Positions 6,480 to 16,621 of a DNA stretch of 34,502 bases are shown piece by piece. The stretch spans positions 1 to 34,502 of the forward strand of contig JAYVCD010000006.1 of the NCBI GenBank assembly GCA_043750125.1, read 5' to 3'. The notes beneath the pieces are model-generated. The model was not told where the DNA came from. It did not search any database and saw nothing but the letters and a program-made list of their open reading frames with translations. Position numbers and translations under genes: made by a program. Source of the stretch: Archangiaceae bacterium. GTDB lineage: Bacteria > Myxococcota > Myxococcia > Myxococcales > Myxococcaceae. Every line of letters starts with the position of its first letter. The stretch's first letter is position 1.

Positions 6480-7892
6480 TTACGGCGCCTTGAACTTCAG
6501 CGCCGCATCGATGCGCATCAGCGACTCTTCTTTGCCAATCAGCTCGAGCGTCTCGCCGATTCCGGGGCTGACCGTCGTCCCCGTGACCGCGACCCGCACC
6601 GGCTGCGCCACTTTTCCCATGCCGATCTTCAAGGTCTCACTGACCGTCTTCACCACCGCGTCCAGCGCGGCCGCATTCCAGTCGGTCGTGGCGAGCACCA
6701 GGCGAACCTGGGCCAGCACCCCCTTGCCTTCCTCGGTCAAATGCTTGGCGCCCGCGGCGGCATCGATGGTGACCCCGTGGCCGTAGAAGACCTTCGCTTT
6801 CTGCGCCAGCTCGACCAGGGTCACCGCCCGTTCCTTCATCGCCGCGCAGACCCGCATCACCTTCGCCTCATCGCGGGTCTCGAGGTCCTCTTCGGCGAAG
6901 AAGGGCAGGGCGTACTTCGCCACTTCTGACGGACTCGTGGTCTTGATCCAATGGGCCGAGACCGAGGTCAGCTTCTCGGGATTCCAGACTCCCGAGCTGT
7001 GCCCGACGTGGGCGAAGTCGAAGAACTCGATCATCTGGGCGCGGGTAAACAGCTCGTCGTTGCCGTGGCTCCAGCCGAGGCGAACGATGAAGTTCAGCAG
7101 CGCGTGGGGCAGGATCCCATTCTTGCGATGCACCATCACGTCGGCTTCCGGGTGCTTTCGCTTGCTCAGCTTCTCGCGGTTCGGCCCGAGAATCAGCGGG
7201 AAGTGGGCAAACTTCGGCGGCTTCCAACCGAGCGCCTCGTACAGCATCAGCTGGGGCAGGGTGGAATTGATGTGCTCCTGGCCTCGCCCAACCAGGTCGA
7301 TTTCCATCAGGTGATCGTCCACCACGCAGCCGAAGTTGTAGAGCGGAATTCCGTCGCCGCGCATCATCACGAAGTCGTCCAGATCTCCGTGGGTCTTGCT
7401 GATCGGCCCCAGCACTTCGTCCACGAAAGACGCGACCCCATTTCCCAACGGCATCGCAAACCGGATCACCGACGGCTTGTCCGGAGTGTCTTTGCGCTCG
7501 CGGCAGGTGCGCTCGTAGCGGTACTCGACCCCGACCGCTTTGCGGCGGGCGTCGAGCTCTTCGCGGGTGCAGTAGCAGCGGTAGGCCTTGCCGGCCTTGA
7601 GCAGCAGCTCGGCGGACTTCTTGTAGCTGTCCAGCCGCTGCATCTGGAAATACGGCCCGAACTTGCCGTCGACCCGCGGCCCCTCGTCCCAATCGATGCC
7701 AAGCCACTCGAGCCCGTCGAGGATCGCGCGCACCGATTGCGGCGTCGAGCGTTCTTGATCGGTGTCTTCCATGCGCAAAACGAAGGTGCCGTTGTGCTTT
7801 CGGGCGTAGAGCCAGTTAAAGAGCGCGGTGCGGGCACCGCCAATGTGGAGGTAACCGGTAGGAGACGGTGCGAAGCGAACGCGGGGGCCCAT
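6480..7892 (-). CDS. gltX: Glutamate--tRNA ligase
   Basis: RVRFAPSPTGYLHIGG, LRMEDTD, YRCYC, VVDDH, KLSKR, and anticodon domain QPVRVAVTG..VSPG. Start ATG 7892 (MGPRVRF). Confidence 0.97.
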   Translation of the reverse strand: MGPRVRFAPSPTGYLHIGGARTALFNWLYARKHNGTFVLRMEDTDQERSTPQSVRAILDGLEWLGIDWDEGPRVDGKFGPYFQMQRLDSYKKSAELLLKAGKAYRCYCTREELDARRKAVGVEYRYERTCRERKDTPDKPSVIRFAMPLGNGVASFVDEVLGPISKTHGDLDDFVMMRGDGIPLYNFGCVVDDHLMEIDLVGRGQEHINSTLPQLMLYEALGWKPPKFAHFPLILGPNREKLSKRKHPEADVMVHRKNGILPHALLNFIVRLGWSHGNDELFTRAQMIEFFDFAHVGHSSGVWNPEKLTSVSAHWIKTTSPSEVAKYALPFFAEEDLETRDEAKVMRVCAAMKERAVTLVELAQKAKVFYGHGVTIDAAAGAKHLTEEGKGVLAQVRLVLATTDWNAAALDAVVKTVSETLKIGMGKVAQPVRVAVTGTTVSPGIGETLELIGKEESLMRIDAALKFKAP

Positions 7893-7932
7893 GTCGCGGG
7901 CAACTACCAGAGGGGTTAAGTTGCCGGCAATC

Positions 7933-8526
7933 ATGAAGCGCCTTGCTTTGTTCATGTTGGTCCTTGCTTCTGCCGCTTTCGGCACGACGCTTCTCGCCGT
8001 CGACATCTCGGGGCTCAGTCAAAGCGCCGACTTGATCGTCCTCGGCGTGGTGCGTTCCTCGGCTCCGCGCCTCACTCTGGACGGGCGACGCATCATCACC
8101 GACACCGAGATCCAGGTTTCCGAGGTGCTCAAGGGCCATGTCAACGCAGTGAGCGTGGTGGTGATGCAGCCGGGAGGCATCGTCGGAGACGTGGGTCAGC
8201 GCGTCGAAGGCACTGCGCACTTCTCGGTCGGCGACGAAGTGGTGGTGTTCCTCGATCGCCGGGGCAGCGAACGTTTCGCGGTCACCGCGATGTCCCAGGG
8301 CAAATTCAAAGTCGAGCGTTCCAGTGATGGGAAGGCGGCCTACGCCGTTCCCGAAGCCGGGGCCTCGATGATGCTGATCGACCCGCTCACCCAGAAAGAG
8401 TCGTCGAGCCTGCTCAAGCCCATGCCTCTGACTGAGCTGAAGACCAAAATCGCCGCGGCGCTGGTCGCCCCCGTGACTCCGGCGGTCGAACCCACTCGGC
8501 CGGTCCTCAACCGAGTCGGCCCATGA
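7933..8526 (+). CDS. Secreted hypothetical protein, TIMP/NTR-like OB-fold candidate (matrixin-associated)
   Basis: Signal MKRLALFMLVLASAAFG|TT; pattern LSQSADLIVLGVV...IITDTEIQVSEVLKG...PGGIVG...FSVGDEVVVFL. ATGA overlap with the downstream protease. The fold call is an inference. Confidence 0.75.
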   Translation: MKRLALFMLVLASAAFGTTLLAVDISGLSQSADLIVLGVVRSSAPRLTLDGRRIITDTEIQVSEVLKGHVNAVSVVVMQPGGIVGDVGQRVEGTAHFSVGDEVVVFLDRRGSERFAVTAMSQGKFKVERSSDGKAAYAVPEAGASMMLIDPLTQKESSSLLKPMPLTELKTKIAAALVAPVTPAVEPTRPVLNRVGP

Positions 8527-9410
8527 TTCTTCCGGGGGTTCTGGCGCTGCTCGTGGCCCAGGCGACCTGCCCGCCGTACACCCGCACCAAGGTGGACGAC
8601 AACGACCCCAAGTCACACTGTCTGTATTGGCGTGAGAACAGCCACATCGAGTGGCGGGTCAACACCCAGGGCAACCCAGAAACCACGGGCGAGACCGAAT
8701 TCACCGCCGTCGAGAAGGCGATCGCGACCTGGCAGACCGAGTTCGATTCCTGTGGCTCGCTGAGCTTGACCGTCGGACCCCGGACGACTTCCCGAGTTGC
8801 CGACTACGCCAAGACCGGGGGCGAGAATCAGAACGTCGTGCTCTGGCGATTCCAGCTGTGCAGTGGAACGGTCGGAGCGACCGACGGCTGCTGGAAGGAC
8901 GACAACTGCGGCAACACCTACGACTGCTGGCAACACAACCCGGGGGCGCTGGCGATCACCACCACCAACTTCGACCCGAGCACCGGGCGGATCCTCGACG
9001 CCGACGTAGAGCTGAATACTCCCAACTTCATCTTCACCAGCGTCGACGCGCCGCTGTGCATCAAGCCCAACTACAATCAGGGTTGCGTGGCGACGGACAT
9101 TCAGAACACCCTGACCCACGAGTTCGGCCATTCACTGGGCCTCGCCCACAACTGCGTCCCGGCCTCGACGATGTACGCGAGCGCAGTGCCGACCGAGCTC
9201 TCAAAGCGGGTCCTCGATTCGGGCAGCAAGCAGTTCGTCTGTGAGACGTATCCCAAAGGGCAGCCCTCGAAGGACTGCGTCATCAAATCCTTCAATGGAA
9301 CCCTGGGGCCGCCGGCGGGTTGCGGCTGTGACACTTCGACCGGCTTGCCCTGGGCCGCGCTGGCGATGATGGGCGCAGCGCGCTGCAGGCGGAGAACGGC
9401 CTCGCGATGA
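8523..9410 (+). CDS. Matrixin/metzincin-type Zn metalloprotease with MYXO-CTERM-like tail
   Basis: THEFGHSLGLAH (HExxHxxGxxH) plus Met-turn STMY; ILDADVELN; Cys-rich; C-terminal GCGC-hydrophobic-RRR. Resembles what I recall as the MXAN_2677/2678 family. Confidence 0.9.
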   Translation: MILPGVLALLVAQATCPPYTRTKVDDNDPKSHCLYWRENSHIEWRVNTQGNPETTGETEFTAVEKAIATWQTEFDSCGSLSLTVGPRTTSRVADYAKTGGENQNVVLWRFQLCSGTVGATDGCWKDDNCGNTYDCWQHNPGALAITTTNFDPSTGRILDADVELNTPNFIFTSVDAPLCIKPNYNQGCVATDIQNTLTHEFGHSLGLAHNCVPASTMYASAVPTELSKRVLDSGSKQFVCETYPKGQPSKDCVIKSFNGTLGPPAGCGCDTSTGLPWAALAMMGAARCRRRTASR

Positions 9411-10321
9411 GACCGATGATCGTGCTCGCGCTGTTGGGTTCTGGCCTTGCGTGGGCGCAGCCCTTCATTCGCACCCAGGTCCCCGGCCGCGAGGACAAAG
9501 GGCCGCTGTGCGTGACGTGGAACAAGCGCGAGTTCACCTACGTGGTCGATTCAGCCGGCAGCTCTCGCACCCCCGGCGACTCAGAATTTTTCGCGGTCGA
9601 CGCGGCGTTCGCCAGCTGGCAGGCGGTCTCGGACACCTGCAGCGACTTCCATTTCGTGCAGGGCGTGCGACAACCGAACGTTCAGATCGGCCGCGGCACC
9701 GAGGCGAGCAATGTGATCGTCTTTCGCGAAGAGTCCTGCCGCACCGCCGCGCCCCCGGCAGACCCCTGCCAGTCCGATGGCTCATGCGCGAACCGCTTCC
9801 ACTGTTGGGATCATTCCGACTTCACCATCGCCCTCACCACCACCACCTTCAGCACCAAGACCGGAGCGATCTACGACGCGGACATCGAGCTGAATGCCGC
9901 TCCCCACGTCGACAACGCCCGGTTCCTCTTCACCACCATCTCTTCGCCGCCCTGCACGCCGGGGCCCGAGGCGGTGACCTGCGTTGCGACCGACATCCAG
10001 AACACGCTGACCCATGAGATCGGCCACGCGGTGGGCTTTGATCACGTCGAGAACCCGGGAGCGACGATGGAAGCGACGGCTCCTCCCGGTGAGACGCAGA
10101 AGCGAATCATCGATCTCGGGCTCTCTGAGGGCTTCTGCAAGACGTACCCCAAGGGGCTGCCTCCGGTGCCCTGCGACGAGCTGGCCCAGCTGCGTCGGAA
10201 GATCATCGCCACCAACGCCGGCACCCCCGGCTTTTCGGCGATTGGCTGCGGCGCGGTGCCCGACCCGGTCGCCTTCTGGTGGCTGGGGCTGGTCGTCATT
10301 GGTCTGTCACGCAGGCGTTGA
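9407..10321 (+). CDS. Second, paralogous matrixin-type Zn metalloprotease with MYXO-CTERM-like tail
   Basis: THEIGHAVGFDH plus ATME; IYDADIELN; CVATDIQNTLTHE shared with the upstream paralog; tail IGCGAVP...WWLGLVVIGLSRRR. Confidence 0.9.
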   Translation: MRPMIVLALLGSGLAWAQPFIRTQVPGREDKGPLCVTWNKREFTYVVDSAGSSRTPGDSEFFAVDAAFASWQAVSDTCSDFHFVQGVRQPNVQIGRGTEASNVIVFREESCRTAAPPADPCQSDGSCANRFHCWDHSDFTIALTTTTFSTKTGAIYDADIELNAAPHVDNARFLFTTISSPPCTPGPEAVTCVATDIQNTLTHEIGHAVGFDHVENPGATMEATAPPGETQKRIIDLGLSEGFCKTYPKGLPPVPCDELAQLRRKIIATNAGTPGFSAIGCGAVPDPVAFWWLGLVVIGLSRRR

Positions 10322-10351
10322 GCCGTTCGCGGTTCGTGGCAAACAGCGCGG

Positions 10352-12253
10352 GTGAGCTTTCCCTTTTTCGCCGTCCTGGCCGCGGCGCTGACCCAGGCCG
10401 AACCGGCTGACGCGGTCGCTCCTCAAACCGTCGTCACCGGGTCCCGCACCGAGCGGCGGCTCGAGGACGCGGTCACTCCCACCGAAGTGATTACCCGCGC
10501 ACAAATCGACGCCACGGGAGCGAACGATCTTTCGGCGGTGTTGGCGCAGCACCCGGGGGTCGAGCTCGTCTATTCGTTTCGGGGGGTGGGCATTCGCCTG
10601 CAGGGGCTCGACCCGGAATACGTGCTGATTCTGGTCGACGGCGAGCGCGTGGCGGGGCGCATCGGCAACACCATTGATTTGAGCCGGTACTCTTTGCGCG
10701 ACGTAGAGCGAATCGAGATCGTCAAAGGGCCTGCGGCTGCGCTGTACGGCTCGGACGCGATCGGCGGAGTCATCAACCTCATCACCCGCCGCGTCACCCA
10801 CCCCTGGGAAGCCAGCCTTCGCGCCTCGGTCGGCACCCGGGAGGACTACGACTTTCGGGCCCACGCGGGAATGAAGCGTGGCCCGTTCGAGGTCCGCCTG
10901 GGCGGGGGCTATCGCCAGGCGCTGGCGTACGACCTCGACCCTTCGGATGCGGCGACCAGCGGCCCGGGCATTCGACGCTTCGATGGCGACGCGGCGGTGA
11001 TTTTCACTCCCAAAGAGTGGATTCAAATCTTCGGGAAGCTCGGGTACCTGCGACGCGACGAGAATGCAGTCGACGTTTCGCCCACCGGAGCGACCTTCGA
11101 TCGCCGCGGGCGACAAGAGCAGTTCGACGCTTCGCTCAAGCTCTTGCTGACTCCGCTCGAAGGCACAGCCATCACGGTGCGCGGTCGACAGAGCCTGTTT
11201 CGCGATCAGCTGCTGCAGGATCAGCGGGGCGCGCGCGACTATGACCAGTACACCCAGAACGTGAATCGGCTGTGGGAAGCGGGGGTGCAGGTCGATCAGA
11301 AGTGGGGCAAGCACACGGTGACCGCGGGCCTCGAGCTGTTGTCCGAGCTGCTCAGCTCGCCGCGGCTCTCGACCGGGCACGCGGCCCACCAGCGGTACGC
11401 CGCGCTGCTTCAGGACGAGTGGGACTTCGAGGCCCGGTCGGCGCGGCTGAAGGTGGCTCCCGGAATCCGGGTGGATGCCGACACCCAGTTCGGGGTCGCG
11501 CCCAGCCCCAGGTTGGCAGTGAAGGTGGACCCCAGCCCGGCGTGGACGTTGCGCGCGTCGTGGGGCCTGGGCTTTCGGGCTCCGAGCTTCACTGAGCTCT
11601 ACTTGTTGTTCGACAACGCGGCGGTGGGCTACGTGGTCGAAGGAAACCCGGCGCTGAGGCCCGAGACGTCGGCGAGCCTGAACTTCGCGGTCGACTGGCG
11701 CCCGGGGTTGCCGGGGTGGCTGGTGTCCGCCAGCGTGTTTCACACCGACATCGCCAACCTGATCTCGATCAATACCAGCGACGCGCCCAACCCCGACAAC
11801 CCGACCCGTTTTCGCTATGGGAACGTCGCGAGCGCGTACACCCAGGGGCTCGAAGTGTCGGGCCGCGCCCGCCTCGCGCGCGGCACCTACCTCGACGTGG
11901 GCTACACATATCTTGAGACGCGCGACAACGTGAAGCTTCGGGCTCTCGAAGGGCGCGCGGCCCACAAGGCCAATGCCGCCCTGTCCGCGCGCTACCCCTC
12001 GGTCGGGCTCGAGTTTCTGGTGCGCGGCACCTACTTCGGGCCGCGGCCGTTCTACGTCGACCTCGATTCCGACGGGGTCGAAGAGACGAAGTGGGTCAAA
12101 GGCTACGTCGATCTCGAGGCCCAGGTGTCGTGGACCTTTCGCGATTGGTTGCGGCTGTACGTCAACGGCTTCAACCTGCTCAACGCAGGGGACGCGGTTT
12201 ATCTGCCCCGGCCTCCGCGCGGGGTGCTGGGTGGAATCGAGGTTCGGTACTGA
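10352..12253 (+). CDS. TonB-dependent outer membrane receptor (probably heme)
   Basis: TonB box TVVTGSRTE, plug (LILVDGER, VERIEIVKGPAAALYGSDAIGGVINLIT), GFRAPSFTELY and GNPALRPE motifs, terminal EVRY. Coupled to hmuY. Confidence 0.92.
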   Translation: MSFPFFAVLAAALTQAEPADAVAPQTVVTGSRTERRLEDAVTPTEVITRAQIDATGANDLSAVLAQHPGVELVYSFRGVGIRLQGLDPEYVLILVDGERVAGRIGNTIDLSRYSLRDVERIEIVKGPAAALYGSDAIGGVINLITRRVTHPWEASLRASVGTREDYDFRAHAGMKRGPFEVRLGGGYRQALAYDLDPSDAATSGPGIRRFDGDAAVIFTPKEWIQIFGKLGYLRRDENAVDVSPTGATFDRRGRQEQFDASLKLLLTPLEGTAITVRGRQSLFRDQLLQDQRGARDYDQYTQNVNRLWEAGVQVDQKWGKHTVTAGLELLSELLSSPRLSTGHAAHQRYAALLQDEWDFEARSARLKVAPGIRVDADTQFGVAPSPRLAVKVDPSPAWTLRASWGLGFRAPSFTELYLLFDNAAVGYVVEGNPALRPETSASLNFAVDWRPGLPGWLVSASVFHTDIANLISINTSDAPNPDNPTRFRYGNVASAYTQGLEVSGRARLARGTYLDVGYTYLETRDNVKLRALEGRAAHKANAALSARYPSVGLEFLVRGTYFGPRPFYVDLDSDGVEETKWVKGYVDLEAQVSWTFRDWLRLYVNGFNLLNAGDAVYLPRPPRGVLGGIEVRY

Positions 12254-12825
12254 TGAGACTTGCCCTGCTGTTGCTGCCGCTGGCCGCCTGCGCCCCGGAT
12301 CTGCGCGACGATTTTCCCCTCGATGGCGCGCTGCCCGGAGCGGACCACATCACCCATCAGCCTCAGGCCGATGGCTCGACCTTGAGCCTCGTCGACGCGA
12401 CCAACAAGACGTCCTTTGTGTACTTCGACCTCGACTCGGGAAAAGAGCTCGAGACGGCCGCGGCGCTCGACACCCAGCAGTGGGACTTGAGCTTTCAGCG
12501 CTACAAGTTGAACTCGAATGGCGGGGGCAGCGGCCCGGGGAAGGTGAAGGTCCTGGGGCTCAAAGACGTGGCGTGGGATTCGCTGACGCTCGCTCCTGAA
12601 GGGAACTACCAGGCCGACGCGGCCAACTCGGTGTTCACCACCTTCGAAGGCGGCTGGTACTTCTACGATCTGAGCAAGCACAAGCTCGTTCCCCGAGAGG
12701 ACCTGCTCTACGTGGTGGCGACGGGCGAGGGCGCCTATTTCAAGGTGAAGATGCTCGGCTACTACGACGCGAACGGAACGGCGGCCAAGCCGTCGTTCAA
12801 GTGGGCGAAGGTAAGTCCTCGGTAA
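12253..12825 (+). CDS. hmuY: HmuY-family heme-binding lipoprotein
   Basis: Lipobox LAA-C; VDAT, YFDLDSG, WDLSFQRY..NSNGG.SGPG, GWYFYD, YVV.T.EG.YFKVKMLGYY. TGATG overlap with the receptor gene. Confidence 0.85.
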   Translation: MRLALLLLPLAACAPDLRDDFPLDGALPGADHITHQPQADGSTLSLVDATNKTSFVYFDLDSGKELETAAALDTQQWDLSFQRYKLNSNGGGSGPGKVKVLGLKDVAWDSLTLAPEGNYQADAANSVFTTFEGGWYFYDLSKHKLVPREDLLYVVATGEGAYFKVKMLGYYDANGTAAKPSFKWAKVSPR

Positions 12826-12899
12826 AAATTCTCTGCCACAGACGGAACCGCCTTTAGACTGCGCGCCGCGAACCGCAGGTTTTCGAAGGAGAGACCCCA

Positions 12900-13409
12900 T
12901 TGAGGCACAGCAAACTGTTTCGTCTTGTTTTGGCCGTCGCGGTGATTGCATCCCCTGCGTGGGCAGTGAAAGTCGGAGAGATGCTCTACATCCGCTCGAA
13001 GGACACGGCGCTGGTGAAGAAGGCCGACCCCAAAGCGCCGGTGGTCACCAAGCTTCAACCGGGGACCGAGGTGATCTGGAACGGACCGGATGACAAAAAC
13101 AAACAGTTTCACAAGGTGAAGGCCGGCTCGAAGGAAGGTTTCGTGCTGCAGGCCAACCTCACTGCTTCCAAGCCCTCGGACGAAGTGGGCAGCGACGGGA
13201 AAGGCATCAGCGCCCGGGCGGTCGCATCGTCCGGCGCCGCCACCCGCGCGTTGTCTGAATCCGGAAAAAAATACGCAGAGAAGACGCCCGACCTGACCAC
13301 CGCGGGCAAGCAGGTGGTGATGCTCGAGGGGATCAACGCTCAAATTAAGGACAAAGACGTAGTCGACCACGCTGCAAAACAGGGTCTTCCCAAGGCAGGT
13401 GGAAAATGA
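12900..13409 (+). CDS. Secreted SH3b-like domain protein
   Basis: RBS AAGGAG, TTG start, signal peptide ending AWA; SH3b-like LVKKAD..APVVTKLQPGTEV...KVKAGSKEGFV; then an ASSGAATRAL helix region. Confidence 0.75.
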   Translation: MRHSKLFRLVLAVAVIASPAWAVKVGEMLYIRSKDTALVKKADPKAPVVTKLQPGTEVIWNGPDDKNKQFHKVKAGSKEGFVLQANLTASKPSDEVGSDGKGISARAVASSGAATRALSESGKKYAEKTPDLTTAGKQVVMLEGINAQIKDKDVVDHAAKQGLPKAGGK

Positions 13410-14581
13410 ATCGCATCCTGGTCCTGATGACGGTGCTGGCGCTGAGCAGCTGCAGTCTCTTCAAAGGCGGGCTCAAGGCCCCCAGCAAGGCGGACCTCGA
13501 TGCTGCCGCTGCAGTGGCTGCCGCCGCGGCTGCGAACCTGTCGAAGGCGCAGAAGGAAGCAGAGATTGCGGTCAAGACCTGTCCGTCCGCCGACGGGAAC
13601 ATTCCGCTCACCGAAGAGAAGGACATCGGTGGCGCGATCATGGTGGGGATGGCGAACGAGAACGGGGACTTCATGTACGAAGGCACGCTTCCGGACCTGG
13701 GCACCAAGCCGGACAAGGTGAAAGTCGACCTGAAGAAGGGGAAGAACGGGGTCAATGCCTACGTCGCCAAGGTCGGCAAGCTGCTCGCCAGTTATTCGAG
13801 TCGGCCAGATCTGGCCTGGACCTTCGGAGTGGTCGAGAACGACGGGGTCAACGCGTTTTCCGCGCCGGGAGGCTACGTGATCATCACCACCGGTCTGCTG
13901 CGGCTGGTCGAGAACGAGGCGCAGTTGGCCGGAATTCTCGGGCACGAAATCGGCCACGTGGTGAACAAGGACGTGGTGAAGAGCTACGCCTCGGTGAAGC
14001 ACAACATCTGCGTCCCGGCCAAGACGGTGGCGGCCTACGCCAAATACGGGATCGCCGATCAGCTGCCCGAATCGGTGCGGAAGTACGCAAATTTCGCCGA
14101 CTCGTTCGAGGACTCGGGGGCCAACAAGTCTTCCAGCGCGCTGGTCGATGCGCTGACCGACGGGGTGTTGTCGTTCAAGAAGACGTTCGGCTCGGGCAAG
14201 GATGCCGAGTTCGCGGCGGACAAGGCCGGCTTCGAGCTGATGATGTTCGCAGGCTACGACACCAACGAGTTCGACAAGGTGATTCGCAAAGCCGAGCAAG
14301 GGGGGAAGACGTTTTCCAACCACCCGAGCAACGCCGACCGCCTGAAGAACCTTACTGCGCTGCGCACCGGACAGAAGAAGGACGACGGAACTGCCGACCT
14401 CGAGCACCCGGAGTACAGCCTGTTCGCGTTTGTCGGGGTGGTGCCTCCGATGCCCCCGGACGTGAAGTCTGCGATTCCTGCGGAAGGCTCGGCGAAGCCG
14501 AAAGCAGCGCCGGCTCCCGCAGCCGGAGCTCCGGCGGAAACCCCGAAGGACGGGGCAGCAAAAGAAGCGCCGAAGAGCTGA
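13406..14581 (+). CDS. M48-family Zn metalloprotease lipoprotein
   Basis: Lipobox LSS-C; VNAFSAPGG, ITTGLL, NEAQLAGILGHEIGH (HExxH), EFAADKAG, SNHP. ATGA overlap with the SH3 gene. Confidence 0.9.
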   Translation: MNRILVLMTVLALSSCSLFKGGLKAPSKADLDAAAAVAAAAAANLSKAQKEAEIAVKTCPSADGNIPLTEEKDIGGAIMVGMANENGDFMYEGTLPDLGTKPDKVKVDLKKGKNGVNAYVAKVGKLLASYSSRPDLAWTFGVVENDGVNAFSAPGGYVIITTGLLRLVENEAQLAGILGHEIGHVVNKDVVKSYASVKHNICVPAKTVAAYAKYGIADQLPESVRKYANFADSFEDSGANKSSSALVDALTDGVLSFKKTFGSGKDAEFAADKAGFELMMFAGYDTNEFDKVIRKAEQGGKTFSNHPSNADRLKNLTALRTGQKKDDGTADLEHPEYSLFAFVGVVPPMPPDVKSAIPAEGSAKPKAAPAPAAGAPAETPKDGAAKEAPKS

Positions 14582-14601
14582 AAAAGCAGCCCCTGGAAAC
14601 C

Positions 14602-14630
14602 CGCCGGCCTTTCTGATTTCGAGGCCGGCG
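14602..14630 (+). terminator. GC-rich hairpin after the M48 gene (possible terminator)
   Basis: CGCCGGCCT-N11-AGGCCGGCG, a 9-bp stem. No U tract follows. Confidence 0.35.
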
Positions 14631-14638
14631 CGTGATAG

Positions 14639-16093
<1,455 letters not shown>

Positions 16094-16235
16094 AGAGCAA
16101 GCCGCCCGGCCCTCGTGGCGTTTCGCGACAGCCGGTTGGGACTGCGCCTTCGCGCCCACTGAACCGGGGCAGGGGGGCAATGCCGGCCGAAGGGGCCTCG
16201 AATAATTTCGAGCCGATACGCACTTTCCTTACGGC

Positions 16236-16251
16236 TGGCATCGAGGTTGCT
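16236..16251 (+). promoter_or_regulatory. Sigma54 (-24/-12) promoter upstream of the GlsB/YeaQ gene
   Basis: TGGCATCGAGGTTGCT = TGGCAY-N5-TTGCW with exact GG-N10-GC spacing, 46 nt before ATG 16298. Confidence 0.7.
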
Positions 16252-16297
16252 CAAGGTGACTGGGTCGAGCAGTTCAAACTCTCACCAAGGAACCCTC

Positions 16298-16588
16298 ATG
16301 AACCCCTCTTACGGCATCATTCTCTGGATCGTCATCGGCGCGTTGGCTGGTTGGGTTGGCAGCATGATCATGGGCACCAACGCACGGCAGGGCGCGCTGA
16401 TGAACATTGTCGTCGGCATCATCGGCGCGGTGCTGGGCGGCTTCATCACCCGGAGCCTTTTTGGCGATTACGCTGGCAACAACGGGCTCTTCGCGAGCTT
16501 TGGCGTCGCGCTGCTGGGTTCAGTCGTTCTGCTCGGCATCGTCAAGCTGGTGACGGGCCACCGGCCGGGCGGCGCAATTCGTTCGTAA
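16298..16588 (+). CDS. GlsB/YeaQ/YmgE family (transglycosylase-associated) membrane protein
   Basis: GIILWIVIGALAGWVGSMIMG...NIVVGIIGAVLGG...VALLGSVVLLGIVKLV; RBS AAGG. Confidence 0.92.
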   Translation: MNPSYGIILWIVIGALAGWVGSMIMGTNARQGALMNIVVGIIGAVLGGFITRSLFGDYAGNNGLFASFGVALLGSVVLLGIVKLVTGHRPGGAIRS

Positions 16589-16621
16589 AGATGCAGGGGG
16601 CGACGAAAGGTTGGGCAGCTT

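Noticed and set aside
7893-8006. N-terminal extension of gltX to 8006 (likewise 7891, 12091, 26446 and 32877 extensions of other genes)
   Set aside because: Family homology and signal peptides begin at downstream starts, and the extensions overlap neighbouring genes.
13406-14581. M48 protease as BepA acting on the nearby LptD
   Set aside because: About 6.5 kb away with unrelated genes between, no C-terminal TPR region, and it is coupled to the SH3 gene instead.
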